Of a stretch of 64,000 nt of DNA, positions 17,595 through 27,656 are shown in pieces. A program made the translations under genes and the position numbers. The DNA lies in NCBI GenBank assembly GCA_039798785.1, contig JBDKFG010000015.1, positions 24,595 to 88,594 of the forward strand, read 5' to 3'. The stretch's first letter is position 1. Every line of letters starts with the position of its first letter. Source of the stretch: Verrucomicrobiota bacterium. Its GTDB lineage: Bacteria; Verrucomicrobiota; Lentisphaeria; Lentisphaerales; Lentisphaeraceae. Under the pieces are notes generated by a model. It did no database searches, was not told the DNA's origin, and worked only from the letters and a program-made list of their open reading frames with translations.

Positions 17595-18752
17595 CTACTG
17601 TCTGGCCTTGTTCCGGATCTCCTCCCTTCGCCCCAGCCGCAAAAGCAGGCGGTGGCCGATCCGGTCCTCCCAGTTGAAGCTGTTTTGCAGGACCACCACC
17701 GCATTCCGATGCCGCACGTCAACCCCGACGTAGGCGCTGAAGCCGGAGACGAAACCCACTTGGTAAGCCAGTTTTTCGTTGCCGAAGCTATCGACACACC
17801 AGGCCCGAGCCAGAGCTTCGCGGGGACGAGGAAAGCGCACGGTCAGATTCTCGGCAAAGGCCCCCCCCGGGAAGTGTGCGCCGGCGAAAACAAGCAGGTC
17901 TCGAGCAGAGGAATACATGCCCGCCGAAGCCTTCATCGCCGCCGGAAAATCCCAAGGAGGAACAGGCTGACCCCGGCGGATGAATTTCGGCTGGTCGCCG
18001 GCATGGCCGATGACTCCTTCCGGCCGGCCGTAGCCGCTTGTCTCAAGGCCGAGGGGAAGGCAGATCTCCCGCTCAAGCAAAGTCTCCAGCGACTGGCCGG
18101 AGGAATCTTCGAGGAGGCGTCCAAGGACCGCATAGCCGAGGTTGGAATATTGCGGCTGAGGGCTCTCCGGCGCTTCAAAATCAGCCAGGGCGGTCTCGAT
18201 CGCTGCTTGATCGAGGGATTGATAGAAGTTCCTGCCATTGGCGAGGAATGACAGGAAGTCGCCGAAAATCTGGAGATTCCAAGGTTGCCTGGGCATTCCG
18301 GAAAGGTGGCAGGCGAGGATATCGGGACTGAGCTGTCGGACCCCGGGGCTCCAGCGCGCCGTCCCCGCAAGACTGGCGAGGGGCGTCTCCCAAGTGAATT
18401 CGCCACGTTTCACCGCCCGCTGTGCCAGGGCCGCAGTGAATCCCTTGCTCAAGGAACCAATCGGAAAGGAGGTGTCGGCCTGCAGCCGCTTGCCGGTGTT
18501 TTCATCCGCGACGCCATAGGAGAAGAAGCTCATCCTGCCATCCGATTCGAGCACTCCGACGATCAGGCCGGGCGTCATCTCCGGCACCAGCGGAGCCGCC
18601 AGAGCGTCGATTTCCTGGCGCAGGTTCCGATGTTGTGCCAGGAAACACGCCGCTTGATCATCAGGATCAATCTGATGACGGGAGAAAGGGCCGCAGGCGA
18701 CAAAGAGGACGGCGAGCAGCAGACTGCCAAGTGGGGAGGATCGGTTCTTCAT
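17595..18752 (-). CDS. Serine hydrolase, beta-lactamase class C/PBP-like lipoprotein
   Basis: FPIGSLSK (SxxK), YSN, LGL and ASAGMYSS; lipobox FVAC. Confidence 0.85.
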   Translation of the reverse strand: MKNRSSPLGSLLLAVLFVACGPFSRHQIDPDDQAACFLAQHRNLRQEIDALAAPLVPEMTPGLIVGVLESDGRMSFFSYGVADENTGKRLQADTSFPIGSLSKGFTAALAQRAVKRGEFTWETPLASLAGTARWSPGVRQLSPDILACHLSGMPRQPWNLQIFGDFLSFLANGRNFYQSLDQAAIETALADFEAPESPQPQYSNLGYAVLGRLLEDSSGQSLETLLEREICLPLGLETSGYGRPEGVIGHAGDQPKFIRRGQPVPPWDFPAAMKASAGMYSSARDLLVFAGAHFPGGAFAENLTVRFPRPREALARAWCVDSFGNEKLAYQVGFVSGFSAYVGVDVRHRNAVVVLQNSFNWEDRIGHRLLLRLGRREEIRNKARQ

Positions 18753-18814
18753 GGCTTAGAACAAAGCCCGGCCAAGGAAAAATTCCACGACGGGCTGCAG
18801 CCCTGCAGCGACAG

Positions 18815-18862
18815 GCCGCAAAAAACCCGCCCGGTCTTGCGACTGGGCGGGTTTTTTGCGGC
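18815..18862. terminator. Bidirectional intrinsic terminator downstream of nrdB
   Basis: GCCGCAAAAAACCCGCCCGGTC-TTGC-GACTGGGCGGGTTTTTTGCGGC. Confidence 0.85.
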
Positions 18863-18875
18863 GCCCGAGGAGCGA

Positions 18876-20009
18876 TCAGAGGTCGAAGCCGGCGAAGGCG
18901 TCTTCGTGGACGGCGTTGTCGATCTGGCCGACGACGTAAGAGGCGATTTCAGCTTCCTGCGGCGCAACCTGGACGTTGTCGGAAACTAGCCATGAGTTGA
19001 TCCACGGCAAGGGGTTCTGAGTGGTCGAGAAGACGTTCTTGAAGCCGATGGCGCGAAGGCGGTTGTTGGTGATGTACTCGACATATTGGCAGAGGATGTC
19101 GGCGTTGAGACCCATCATCGAGCCGTCTTTGAAGAGGTACTTGGCCCATTCCTTCTCCTGCTCGGCGGCGGTGATGAAGATCTGGTAGACCTGACCTTCG
19201 CACTCGCGGGCGATCTCCTGCATTTCGGGATCGTCCTTGCCGTCGTGGATGATCTTGATGATCTCCTGCGTCCCGGCCAGGTGCAAAGCTTCGTCGCGGG
19301 CGATGAAGCGGATGAGCTTGGCGTTGCCTTCCATCAGTTGCCGTTCGGCAAAGGCGAAGGAGCAGGCGAAGCTGACGTAGAAACGCACGGCTTCGAGGAC
19401 GTTGACGCTGACCATGGTCAGGTAGAGACGGCGCTTGAGATCGCGCTTGCTGACGCGGATGCTCTTGCCATTGATCTCGTGCACGCCTTCGCCGAAGAGC
19501 GAGTAGTAATTGGTGCCTTCGATCAAGGCATCGTAGTACTGCGAGATCGAGGCGGCGCGCTTGATGATCTCGGGGTTCTTGACGATGTCGTCGAGGACGA
19601 CCGAGGGGTTGGGGAAGATGTTGCGGATGATGTGGGTGTAGGAGCGCGAGTGGATGGTCTCGAAGAAGGACCAGGTCTCGATCCAGGTTTCCAGCTCGGG
19701 AGTGGAGACGACCGGCAGGAAGGCGATGTTGGGCGAGCGGCCCTGGATCGAGTCGAGCAGAGTCTGGTACTTCAGGTTGGAGACGAAGATGTGGCGTTCA
19801 TGTTCATCGAGCTTCTCCATGAAGTCGATGCGGTCGCGCGACAGGTCGACTTCTTCAGGACGCCAGAAGAAACTGATCTGCTTGTCGATGAGCTTTTCGA
19901 AGATCGGGTGGCGCTGCGAGTCGTAGCGCGACACGTTGACGTTCTCGCCGAAGAACATCGGCTGCTTCAGGTGGTCGTAAGCAGTGCGGTTGAAGATGCT
20001 GAATTGCAT
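18876..20009 (-). CDS. nrdB: Class Ia ribonucleotide reductase beta subunit
   Basis: [55 protein letters not shown] and VQVAPQE. Confidence 0.97.
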   Translation of the reverse strand: MQFSIFNRTAYDHLKQPMFFGENVNVSRYDSQRHPIFEKLIDKQISFFWRPEEVDLSRDRIDFMEKLDEHERHIFVSNLKYQTLLDSIQGRSPNIAFLPVVSTPELETWIETWSFFETIHSRSYTHIIRNIFPNPSVVLDDIVKNPEIIKRAASISQYYDALIEGTNYYSLFGEGVHEINGKSIRVSKRDLKRRLYLTMVSVNVLEAVRFYVSFACSFAFAERQLMEGNAKLIRFIARDEALHLAGTQEIIKIIHDGKDDPEMQEIARECEGQVYQIFITAAEQEKEWAKYLFKDGSMMGLNADILCQYVEYITNNRLRAIGFKNVFSTTQNPLPWINSWLVSDNVQVAPQEAEIASYVVGQIDNAVHEDAFAGFDL

Positions 20010-20020
20010 GGTTCTCAACT

Positions 20021-20126
20021 AGGTTGAAAGGTTGAAAGGTTGAAGGCGAAATCAAGCAATGAACTAGGCTAAACGGCAGTCAGGTTTCCGGCTCATCGCC
20101 TTTTCACCTTCCCACCTTTCAACCTC
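20021..20126. repeat. Inverted octamer array between nrdA and nrdB
   Basis: aggttgaaaggttgaaaggttgaagg ... ttttcaccttcccacctttcaacct. Confidence 0.8.
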
Positions 20127-20134
20127 TTCGATAT

Positions 20135-22405
20135 TCAGATCTTGCAGGCCCCGCCGGCGCAGGAGTCGTTGCCGTCTTCCTGGGCGTCGTCGGCACCGTC
20201 GCGGGTGTTGTGGTAGTAGAGGGTTTTGACGCCCCATTTGTAGGCGTTGAGGAGATCCGACAGCATGGTCTTCATCGGCACCTTGCCGCCTTCGAAGCGG
20301 GCCGGATCGTAGTTGGTGTTGGCGGAGATGGTCTGGTCGACGAATTTCTGCATGGTGGCGACGAGCTGGAGGTAGCCGGTGTTGTTGGGCATGGTCCAGA
20401 GCAGTTCGTATTTATGGCCGAGACGCTCGATCTCGGGGACGACCTGCTTGGTGATGCCATCCTTCGATGCCTTGACCGAGACCAGGCCGCGGGGCGGCTC
20501 GACGCCGTTGGTGGCGTTGGAGATCTGCGACGAGGTTTCGGAGGGCATCAGGGCCGACAGGGTGGAGTTGCGCATGCCATATTTGAGGACGTCGGCGCGC
20601 AGGGCTTCCCAGTCGAGGCGGAGCTCTTCCTTGCAGAAGGTGTCGAGGTCTTTTTTGTAGGTGTCGATCGGCATGATGCCTTTCGAATAGGTGGTTTCGG
20701 AGAATTTCGGGCAAGGGCCGAATTCCTTGGCGAGTTTGACCGAGGCTTTCATCAGGTAGTACTGCATCGCTTCGAAGGCGCGGTGGGTCAGTCCGATGGC
20801 GGAGCCGTCGGAGTAACGGACGCCATTCTTGGCGAGATAATAGGCGTAGTTGATGACGCCGACGCCGAGGGTGCGGCGGTTGAGCGAGGAGTTCTTTGCG
20901 GCCGGCAGGGGGTAGCCCTGGTAGTCGAGAAGAGAGTCGAGGGCGCGGACGACGATTTCGGCAAGCTCCTCGAGCTCGTCGAGGTTGCCGATGGCACCAA
21001 GGTTGAAGGCCGAGAGGGTGCAGAGCGCGATTTCACCTTCGGTGTCATCAATCTGCTGCAAGGGCTTGGTCGGCAGGGCGATTTCGAGGCAGAGGTTGGA
21101 TTGGCGGATCGGCGCGACGGCGGGGTCGAAGGGGCTGTGGGTGTTGCAGTGGTCAACGTTCTGCAGGTAGATGCGGCCGGTATTGGCGCGCTCGGTGACG
21201 AAGAGGCCGAAGAGGTCGATCGCCTTCAGGGTCTTCTTGCGGATCGAGGGGTCCTGCTCGTATTTGAGATAGAGCTCTTCGAACTTCCTCTGGTCGGCGA
21301 AGAAGGCGTCGTAGAGGCCGGGGACGTCGGACGGAGAGAAGAGCGAGATGTTGCCGTTGGCGATCAGTCGCTCGTACATCAGCTTGTTGAACTGGACGCC
21401 GTAGTCCATGTGGCGGACCCGGTTCTCTTCGGTCCCCTTGTTGTTCTTCAGGACGATCAGAGATTCGACCTCGATGTGCCAAAGGGGGAAGAAGACGGTC
21501 GCGGCACCGCCGCGGACGCCGCCCTGCGAGCAGCTCTTCACCGCGGTCTGGAAGTACTTGTAGAAGGGGATGCAGCCGGTGTGGAAGGCTTCGCCGCCGC
21601 GAATCGGCGAGCCGAGGCCGCGGATGCGTCCGGCGTTGATGCCGATGCCGGCGCGCTGCGATACGTATTTGACGATCGCCGAGGCGCTGGCGTTGATCGA
21701 GTCGAGGTTGTCGTCGCACTCGATCAAGACGCAGGAGGAGAACTGGCGGGTGGGCGTGCGGACGCCGGACATGATCGGGGTGGGCAGGGAGATCTTGAAC
21801 TGCGAGGCGGCGTCGTAGAAGGCCTTGACATGCTTGAGGCGGCTGTCGCGGGGATATTTCGAGAAGAGGCAGGCGCCGACCAGCATGAAGAGGAATTGGG
21901 GGCTTTCGTGGATCTGGCCGGTGACGCGGTTCTGCACCAGGTATTTGCCTTCGAGCTGCTTCACTGCGGCATAGGCGAAGTTGAGATCGCGGCTGTGATC
22001 GATGGCTCGGTCCATTTCGGCAAAGTCATCTTCGGTGTAGTCGCTGAGAAGGTGCGAGTCGTATTTGCCCATCTCGACCATTTTGCGCACGTGGGCGTGC
22101 AGCGAGGGAGGTTCAAACTGGCCGTAGGCCTTCTTGCGGAGATGGAAGATGGCGAGGCGAGCCGCCATGTACTGATAGTCAGGCTGGTCCTTGGAGATCA
22201 GGTCGGCAGTGGTCTTGATCAAGGTCTCGTGAATCTGGCTGGTCTTCATCCCGTCCATGAACTGGATGTGCGACTTGAGTTCCACTTGCGACACCGAGAC
22301 GTTGTTTAGCCCTTTCGAGGCCCAAGTCAAAACCTTGTGGATCTTGTCGAGATCGAGACGCTCGCGGCGCCCGTCGCGTTTGGTCACTTGAATGTCGTTG
22401 CTCAT
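20135..22405 (-). CDS. nrdA: Class Ia ribonucleotide reductase alpha subunit with ATP cone
   Basis: VTKRDG ATP cone, FSSCVLI, QSNLCLEI, TLYY and C-terminal CAGGACKI. Confidence 0.98.
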   Translation of the reverse strand: MSNDIQVTKRDGRRERLDLDKIHKVLTWASKGLNNVSVSQVELKSHIQFMDGMKTSQIHETLIKTTADLISKDQPDYQYMAARLAIFHLRKKAYGQFEPPSLHAHVRKMVEMGKYDSHLLSDYTEDDFAEMDRAIDHSRDLNFAYAAVKQLEGKYLVQNRVTGQIHESPQFLFMLVGACLFSKYPRDSRLKHVKAFYDAASQFKISLPTPIMSGVRTPTRQFSSCVLIECDDNLDSINASASAIVKYVSQRAGIGINAGRIRGLGSPIRGGEAFHTGCIPFYKYFQTAVKSCSQGGVRGGAATVFFPLWHIEVESLIVLKNNKGTEENRVRHMDYGVQFNKLMYERLIANGNISLFSPSDVPGLYDAFFADQRKFEELYLKYEQDPSIRKKTLKAIDLFGLFVTERANTGRIYLQNVDHCNTHSPFDPAVAPIRQSNLCLEIALPTKPLQQIDDTEGEIALCTLSAFNLGAIGNLDELEELAEIVVRALDSLLDYQGYPLPAAKNSSLNRRTLGVGVINYAYYLAKNGVRYSDGSAIGLTHRAFEAMQYYLMKASVKLAKEFGPCPKFSETTYSKGIMPIDTYKKDLDTFCKEELRLDWEALRADVLKYGMRNSTLSALMPSETSSQISNATNGVEPPRGLVSVKASKDGITKQVVPEIERLGHKYELLWTMPNNTGYLQLVATMQKFVDQTISANTNYDPARFEGGKVPMKTMLSDLLNAYKWGVKTLYYHNTRDGADDAQEDGNDSCAGGACKI

Positions 22406-22568
22406 GCCGCCCCTTTCTGCTCGATGTTCACTGCCAGACCTCTCCTCCCCCGGGAATGGCGAACTTTAATTCGCGTCCTCGGGAGATTCCGGCACCCCAT
22501 CCCTTTAGCGGCTCGGAGTCCGCCTTGCCAGCCCGTCTTAGGTCCGTCCGACGACTTTTTCAGGGGTT

Positions 22569-22616
22569 TTTCTACAGATAGGGGACTTGACACGCTTGAT
22601 GCACTACAGATAGGGG
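22569..22616. promoter_or_regulatory. Tandem NrdR boxes upstream of nrdA
   Basis: CTACAGATAGGGG occurs twice (22572 and 22604), 32 bp apart. The minus-strand copy CCCCTATCTGTAGTGC fits acaCwAtATaTwGtgt. Confidence 0.8.
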
Positions 22617-22834
22617 TAAGGCCGACTTATCAACAGAAAAAAGCGCCGCTTTCGTGCGAGGAGCATTCTCTAGCAACTTTGTCTAGTGGCCATTTGATGA
22701 AATTATATAATTGTCACGACTTAAGTAAAAGTGCTGCCACTTCAAGAACTCGGGAAAAATCTTCCGTGCCGAACATCCATACCCGGCAGGAGCGACATCA
22801 GCCTGCCCCTGCGCAACTAACAAAATTCTGCATG

Positions 22835-23332
22835 TCAGAGCGACTGTGAGGCGCGAAGCTTCTGGCAGAGTAGGCACCATTCGTAACGTCTGAGCGCGAC
22901 ACCGCTGGGACCGAGATCAAGATTGGCGGCGGCTAAGCCATCCCAGCGTTTCACTAACGGGGTCCATTCCGGCGGCAGGTTCTGGATCTGGCGCAGTTCA
23001 GCCTCAAGCCGAGCATGCAAAGGATGGCGTCCGACCTGGCGGAGCCACCAGCGATGATTTCCGGCATCGCCTTCGAAGCGGTGGATCAGGGCGTGGAGGT
23101 AATCCGCATCGGGATGGCCTTCATGACGCTGGACCAGTTCATGCGCTTCATAGAGGCAGCCCCAGGCAATCTGTGCAGCGGCAGCAATGAAGCCGCAATC
23201 GAAGCCGGGACTTGAAGACGCATCCATCAGATGCCTTGGTGAAGAGGGGATCAGCTTCGACCGGGCAGGGAATGGCGCCCGGCGGGCGAAGTCGAGGATG
23301 TCGTCATCAATCGAGACGGGAAGGGGAATCAT
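22835..23332 (-). CDS. Conserved hypothetical protein (H..Q...HA..HR.EGD..N..W family)
   Basis: AHELVQ, YLHALIHRFEGDAGNHRWW motif; co-oriented behind the phosphohexomutase. Confidence 0.7.
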   Translation of the reverse strand: MIPLPVSIDDDILDFARRAPFPARSKLIPSSPRHLMDASSSPGFDCGFIAAAAQIAWGCLYEAHELVQRHEGHPDADYLHALIHRFEGDAGNHRWWLRQVGRHPLHARLEAELRQIQNLPPEWTPLVKRWDGLAAANLDLGPSGVALRRYEWCLLCQKLRASQSL

Positions 23333-23362
23333 GATTGAACCTACCTGGATCTGGTGATGGGA

Positions 23363-24721
23363 TCAGCAAAGCGCGATCTCGGCATCGATTTCCGCCAACA
23401 TCGAGTTCAGCTCCTCCGACGTCGCTGCATCGGCGAGGATGCGCAGCACCGGTTCGGTGTTGGAGGGGCGGATCAGCACCCAGCCGCGGGGAAAGGCGAT
23501 TCGGATGCCGTCGAGCAGGAGCGGCTGGGTGCTGGCGTAGCGGTCACGAAGCCGTCGCACCAGGGCGTTGCCCGCCTCGACGCTCATTTCGATCTTGCGG
23601 GCTGCTTGCGCGCGGCGCGGCAGAGAATCGACTTGTTGCGTCAAGGTTGATGCGCCCTTGGCCAGCATCTCGAGAATCAAGGCCATGCCGGCAAAGCTGT
23701 CGCGACATGGATGCACCGCCGGCCAGATGACGCCGCCATTGGTCTCACCGCCGATCACCGAGCCGTTCTCCAGCATGGTGGTGGAGACGTGGATCTCGCC
23801 GACCTTGGTGAGGTGGTAGGGCACGCCTTCCTGGGTGCAGATGTCGCGCAGGAGGTCGCTGGTGGCGACGGTGGCGGTGACCGGCCCCTTGGTACGGCTG
23901 CGCAGGACGTGCGCGGCGCAGAGGGCGAGGGTGTAGTTCTCGTTGAGCGCCTGCCCCGAGTCGTCGACCAGCACGAGGCGGTCGGCATCGGGGTCCTGTG
24001 CAAAGCCAACGGCGCAGCCGTGGTCGCGCACTGCGGTACAGAGTTCGCCGAGGGATTCCGGCACCGGTTCCGGCATGCGGCGGAAGACGCCGTCGGTCTC
24101 GGTGTTGAGGGCGACCACTTCGCAGCCGAGGCGGCGCAGAAAGTCGGGCGCAAACGGAGCTCCGGCACCGTTGGCGCAGTCGACCGCGACCCGCAGCTTG
24201 GCGGCGCGAATGGCCTCGACATCGACGACTTCGTGGATGCGACGCTCGTGCAGCGAAAAGCCGTCGCTGAGGCGGCGCACCGGACGCAGGCGGTCTTCGC
24301 CGACGTAATCGGCGCGGCTCTGGTGATAGATGTTGTGCAGCTCGCGCGATTCCGACGGCGATAGGAACATGCCGCGGCCGGAGATGAATTTCAGGGCGTT
24401 CCAAGATTCCGGATTGTGGCTTGCGGTGATCGCAATGCCGCCGACCGCCTGCAATCGCGACACCATGAGCTGGATCGTCGGAGTCGGCAAAACGCCGTAG
24501 AGAAGAGGTTCGCAACCGACCGCAAGAAGCCCGGCTACCACCGCTTCCTGCACCATCATCGACGAGGGACGAGTATCGGTGCCGATGACCACCGGACCGG
24601 GACCCGTCCACTGCCCGAAGGCCGAGGCGAAGTTGGCGATCAGGCTCGGGGTCAGGGTTTCACCGATGACGCCGCGGACTCCGGCGACACTGGTCTTCAG
24701 GTTGCTGATGGCGCGGGGCAT
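23363..24721 (-). CDS. Phosphohexomutase (phosphoglucosamine mutase/phosphomannomutase family)
   Basis: GVRG, DTRPS, ITASHNP phosphoserine loop, DPDADR metal loop, GGETNGG and IRPSNTEP. Confidence 0.93.
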   Translation of the reverse strand: MPRAISNLKTSVAGVRGVIGETLTPSLIANFASAFGQWTGPGPVVIGTDTRPSSMMVQEAVVAGLLAVGCEPLLYGVLPTPTIQLMVSRLQAVGGIAITASHNPESWNALKFISGRGMFLSPSESRELHNIYHQSRADYVGEDRLRPVRRLSDGFSLHERRIHEVVDVEAIRAAKLRVAVDCANGAGAPFAPDFLRRLGCEVVALNTETDGVFRRMPEPVPESLGELCTAVRDHGCAVGFAQDPDADRLVLVDDSGQALNENYTLALCAAHVLRSRTKGPVTATVATSDLLRDICTQEGVPYHLTKVGEIHVSTTMLENGSVIGGETNGGVIWPAVHPCRDSFAGMALILEMLAKGASTLTQQVDSLPRRAQAARKIEMSVEAGNALVRRLRDRYASTQPLLLDGIRIAFPRGWVLIRPSNTEPVLRILADAATSEELNSMLAEIDAEIALC

Positions 24722-24733
24722 GGGGGGCACCAA

Positions 24734-24859
24734 TTAAGAGTTAAGAATTAAGAGTTAAGAATTAAGAGTTAAGAATTAAGAATTAAAAGCATGAGAGCAA
24801 GTTAAGAGTCTGGTTTGAGCTCAATTCTTAACTCTTAACTCTTAACTCTTAACTCTTAA
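24734..24859. repeat. Inverted heptamer array (TTAAGAR)8 ... (YTCTTAA)5
   Basis: ttaagag/ttaagaa units at 24734-24789 (last unit degenerate) and ttcttaa/ctcttaa at 24825-24859. Confidence 0.92.
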
Positions 24860-24864
24860 TTCAT

Positions 24865-25860
24865 TCAAACGCAGAGCAGCGCCGCGCCGATGCCGCCGGC
24901 GGAGTCGCCGAGCTGGTGTTTGTAGATCTTGGGCGAGTAGCCGGGGGTGTAGGTTTCGCGGGCGATGAGAGCCTCGAGGCCTTCGTAGATGGCGGGCTGC
25001 TTGGAGAGGCCGCCGCCGCAGACGATGTAGTCGAGGTCGAGGAGGTTGCTGAGGTTGGCGAAGAACTTGGCGAGTTGGCGCTGGTGTTGTTTGACCACGG
25101 CGATGGCGAGGGGCTCCTTGGCGGCGGCCATCTCGAAGATTTGGTGGGCGGCGGGGCGCTCGGCGATCTGCGAGTACAGGCGGGCGGCGTAGGCGCCTTC
25201 GAGGGCGGGGCCGGAGAGATACATTTCGGTGCAGCCGTTTTTGCCGCAGTAGCAGGCGTGGCCGCCGGTGACCAGCTCGGTGTGACCGACTTCGCCGGCA
25301 GCGCCGTTGCGGCCGGTGATCACGGTGGAGCCGAGGCAGAGGCCGCCGCCGACGCCGGTGCCGAGGATGACGCCGAGAGCGAGTTGCTTGTTGAGCGGGC
25401 GGCCGGTGTCGCGGCGGTATTGGACGCCGGCGCCGGCGAGCACTTCGGCGAGGGCGAAGCAGTTGGCGTCGTTGTCGACTTCGACCCGGGTGCCGCCGAG
25501 GAGACGGGAGAGGTCGCCGGTGATGTCGCGGCCGACGAAGATCTGGGTGTTGCCGTTCATCATGGTTTTGCGGACCGGGCAGACCGTGCCGGGCAGGCCG
25601 ATGCCGATGCCTTTGAGATCAGAAACGGCGATGCCTCCTTCTTCGCAGGTGCTGCGCACCAGGGCGGCGAAGTTGTCCATCACTTTTTCGTAGCCGAGGG
25701 CGCGCTCGGTCGGGCAGCGTTTGACCGCGACGCGGCGCAGGTAGCGGGTGCCGCCGCCGAGGCTCATCTCCAGGCACTCGCCGCCGGAAGGCTGCTCAAG
25801 GACCTGGAAGATGGAGAATTCGATCTTGGTGCCGCCGATGTCCGTGCCGCCGATGTACAT
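24865..25860 (-). CDS. ROK family sugar kinase
   Basis: DIGGTK, GIGLPG, DNDANCFALAE, GTGVGGG and GEVGH..CYCGKNGCTE. Confidence 0.93.
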   Translation of the reverse strand: MYIGGTDIGGTKIEFSIFQVLEQPSGGECLEMSLGGGTRYLRRVAVKRCPTERALGYEKVMDNFAALVRSTCEEGGIAVSDLKGIGIGLPGTVCPVRKTMMNGNTQIFVGRDITGDLSRLLGGTRVEVDNDANCFALAEVLAGAGVQYRRDTGRPLNKQLALGVILGTGVGGGLCLGSTVITGRNGAAGEVGHTELVTGGHACYCGKNGCTEMYLSGPALEGAYAARLYSQIAERPAAHQIFEMAAAKEPLAIAVVKQHQRQLAKFFANLSNLLDLDYIVCGGGLSKQPAIYEGLEALIARETYTPGYSPKIYKHQLGDSAGGIGAALLCV

Positions 25861-26137
25861 GAGGGGGGGGTCCTTGAAATGGTTTGGGTTTCGAAACGCC
25901 GCAATCTAGCGCCCGCCCCGGCAAAATCACCCGGGGCGCGCAGCGGGATGTGTCACGGGACGAGACTCCATCAACCTCGTCGGTGCTTGCTGGGGTGATC
26001 ACCGCATGATCCATACAGAGAAAGACAACCCGTGCTTGCTTCCTCCAAATCCATCTCGTCTCCTTCACCGCGAATTCACAGAGGAGCACATCGTTGCCTG
26101 CGTTCGGCTTTTAGCTTGTGTCGAAGAGAAAATCTCC

Positions 26138-26800
26138 ATGCCCGCGACCTTGTCTCACGCCGCTTTTGCCTTGCTCCTGCCTCGCCGGATTTCGATTTCG
26201 GCGCGGATCGCCTTTGCTTGCGGCAGCGTCGCACCCGACTTGCCTTACGCCGCAGCGGCCTGGGAGGCGGCGAGGTGGAGCCATTCGCCCCTTGGCGGGA
26301 TACTCCTCGCCTGGCCCCTGGCGCTGCTTCTCACCTTGCTGATCGGACTCGCCGCGCCGAGTTTTCTCAGCGGCTTGCCGCCTGCTTGGCGGATGCGGGC
26401 GCCGCAAAGACCGGGGACGCGCCGGGAATGGCTGGCCATCTTCGTCTTTGCCGGCCTCGGTGTCGCGGCACATTCCGGCCTCGACGCCTTCACTCATTCC
26501 GAGGGAGCTATGGTCGATCTTCTCCCCTTCTTGTCATGCGGTCCCTGGCCCTTGCACAAAGCGCTGCAATACGGCTTGTCGCTGCTCGGGGTCTTGCTTC
26601 TCCTCGGCGCTGCCCGGACGCGCCCTTGGCCTCAGGTTTCGGACTTCATTCCCTGGCTCTGGCTCTTCAGCCTGCCCTTGTGGCCGCTGCCGCTGCTCCA
26701 GTCCCTCAGCCTCGCACCTTGGCTGGTCCTGCTGCAATTGACCGTGAGCGGGATCAGAAACGCTGGGCGTGCTCGCAGCGGCGACAGAGATCCTCACTGA
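26138..26800 (+). CDS. DUF4184 family membrane protein (putative metal-dependent hydrolase)
   Basis: MPATLSH, GSVAPD, SHS, HSGLDAFTH and LQY motifs. Confidence 0.75.
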   Translation: MPATLSHAAFALLLPRRISISARIAFACGSVAPDLPYAAAAWEAARWSHSPLGGILLAWPLALLLTLLIGLAAPSFLSGLPPAWRMRAPQRPGTRREWLAIFVFAGLGVAAHSGLDAFTHSEGAMVDLLPFLSCGPWPLHKALQYGLSLLGVLLLLGAARTRPWPQVSDFIPWLWLFSLPLWPLPLLQSLSLAPWLVLLQLTVSGIRNAGRARSGDRDPH

Positions 26801-27638
26801 GCTCGTGACGGCGGAAACCTTCGATCAAAGCGCTGGCGCGGGGGGCGGCGAGGATTTCGGCACAGGAATTTTTCTTGGCGTCGCCGAGATCGATGATCCC
26901 TTCCGCGTCCATGCAGCAGGGGCTGACCCGTCCGTCGGCGAGGATCGCGAGCATGTCGCGGCCGCCGCGGCAAGTGCCGTGGCGGTGCTTCTCCGGCCCC
27001 TCCAGGCTGGGCCACTCGAAGCGCGGCGACAGATGCAGGAACTGCCTCCCCCGCAAAAGGTTGCCGTTGGGACTGAGGATCCGAAGAGCGTCGTCGCCGA
27101 GGGCGAAGTGGCGGCGGAGGGTGTCGAGCTGGACCCGGTTGATTTCGAGGACGGCGGCGGGATCGCTGCCGTTCCAGAAGCGCAGGTTGACATTGAGCTC
27201 CGGCCTTTCCTGGGCGGCACGATCGCAGAAGGCGAGGATGCGGCTGAGGTAGACCGAGTCATCCTTGTCCTCGCCGAAGCTGCCGCGGAAGCTTTGGAGG
27301 GACAGATTGACCTGGCGGACGGCGGGGTGGAGCAAGGCGGCCTGATGCTCGGGGCTCATCAAGGTGCCATTGCTGGTGATGGCGGCTTCGGAGCCATGCT
27401 GGCCGAGGATTTCGAGGAAGCGCCGGATTTGCGGGTGGCGCAAAGGTTCGCCCATGACGTGGAGGCAGAAGAGGCGGGTCGTGGGGGCCAATTCGGCAAC
27501 GACTTTCTCGAAGAGCGCTTCGTCCATGTGGGCAGCAGGACGCACCAGGCTCGATTGCGGGCAGAAGGAGCAGGTGAGGTTGCAGCCGTTGCTGATCTCG
27601 AGGTAAACTTTTTTAAAGCGGCGGCGGGAGAGATTCAA
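26754..27638 (-). CDS. Radical SAM protein with SPASM/twitch domain
   Basis: CNLTCSFC, HVMGEP, C..G....AILADGRVSPCC and CRRC. Confidence 0.9.
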   Translation of the reverse strand: MNLSRRRFKKVYLEISNGCNLTCSFCPQSSLVRPAAHMDEALFEKVVAELAPTTRLFCLHVMGEPLRHPQIRRFLEILGQHGSEAAITSNGTLMSPEHQAALLHPAVRQVNLSLQSFRGSFGEDKDDSVYLSRILAFCDRAAQERPELNVNLRFWNGSDPAAVLEINRVQLDTLRRHFALGDDALRILSPNGNLLRGRQFLHLSPRFEWPSLEGPEKHRHGTCRGGRDMLAILADGRVSPCCMDAEGIIDLGDAKKNSCAEILAAPRASALIEGFRRHELSEDLCRRCEHAQRF

Positions 27639-27656
27639 AGGTGGATTTCCTGAAGT

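Noticed and set aside
17595..18752. Bona fide AmpC antibiotic-resistance gene
   Set aside because: It has SxxK and YxN, but the KTG triad is replaced (QVG). Only a general serine hydrolase call is supportable.
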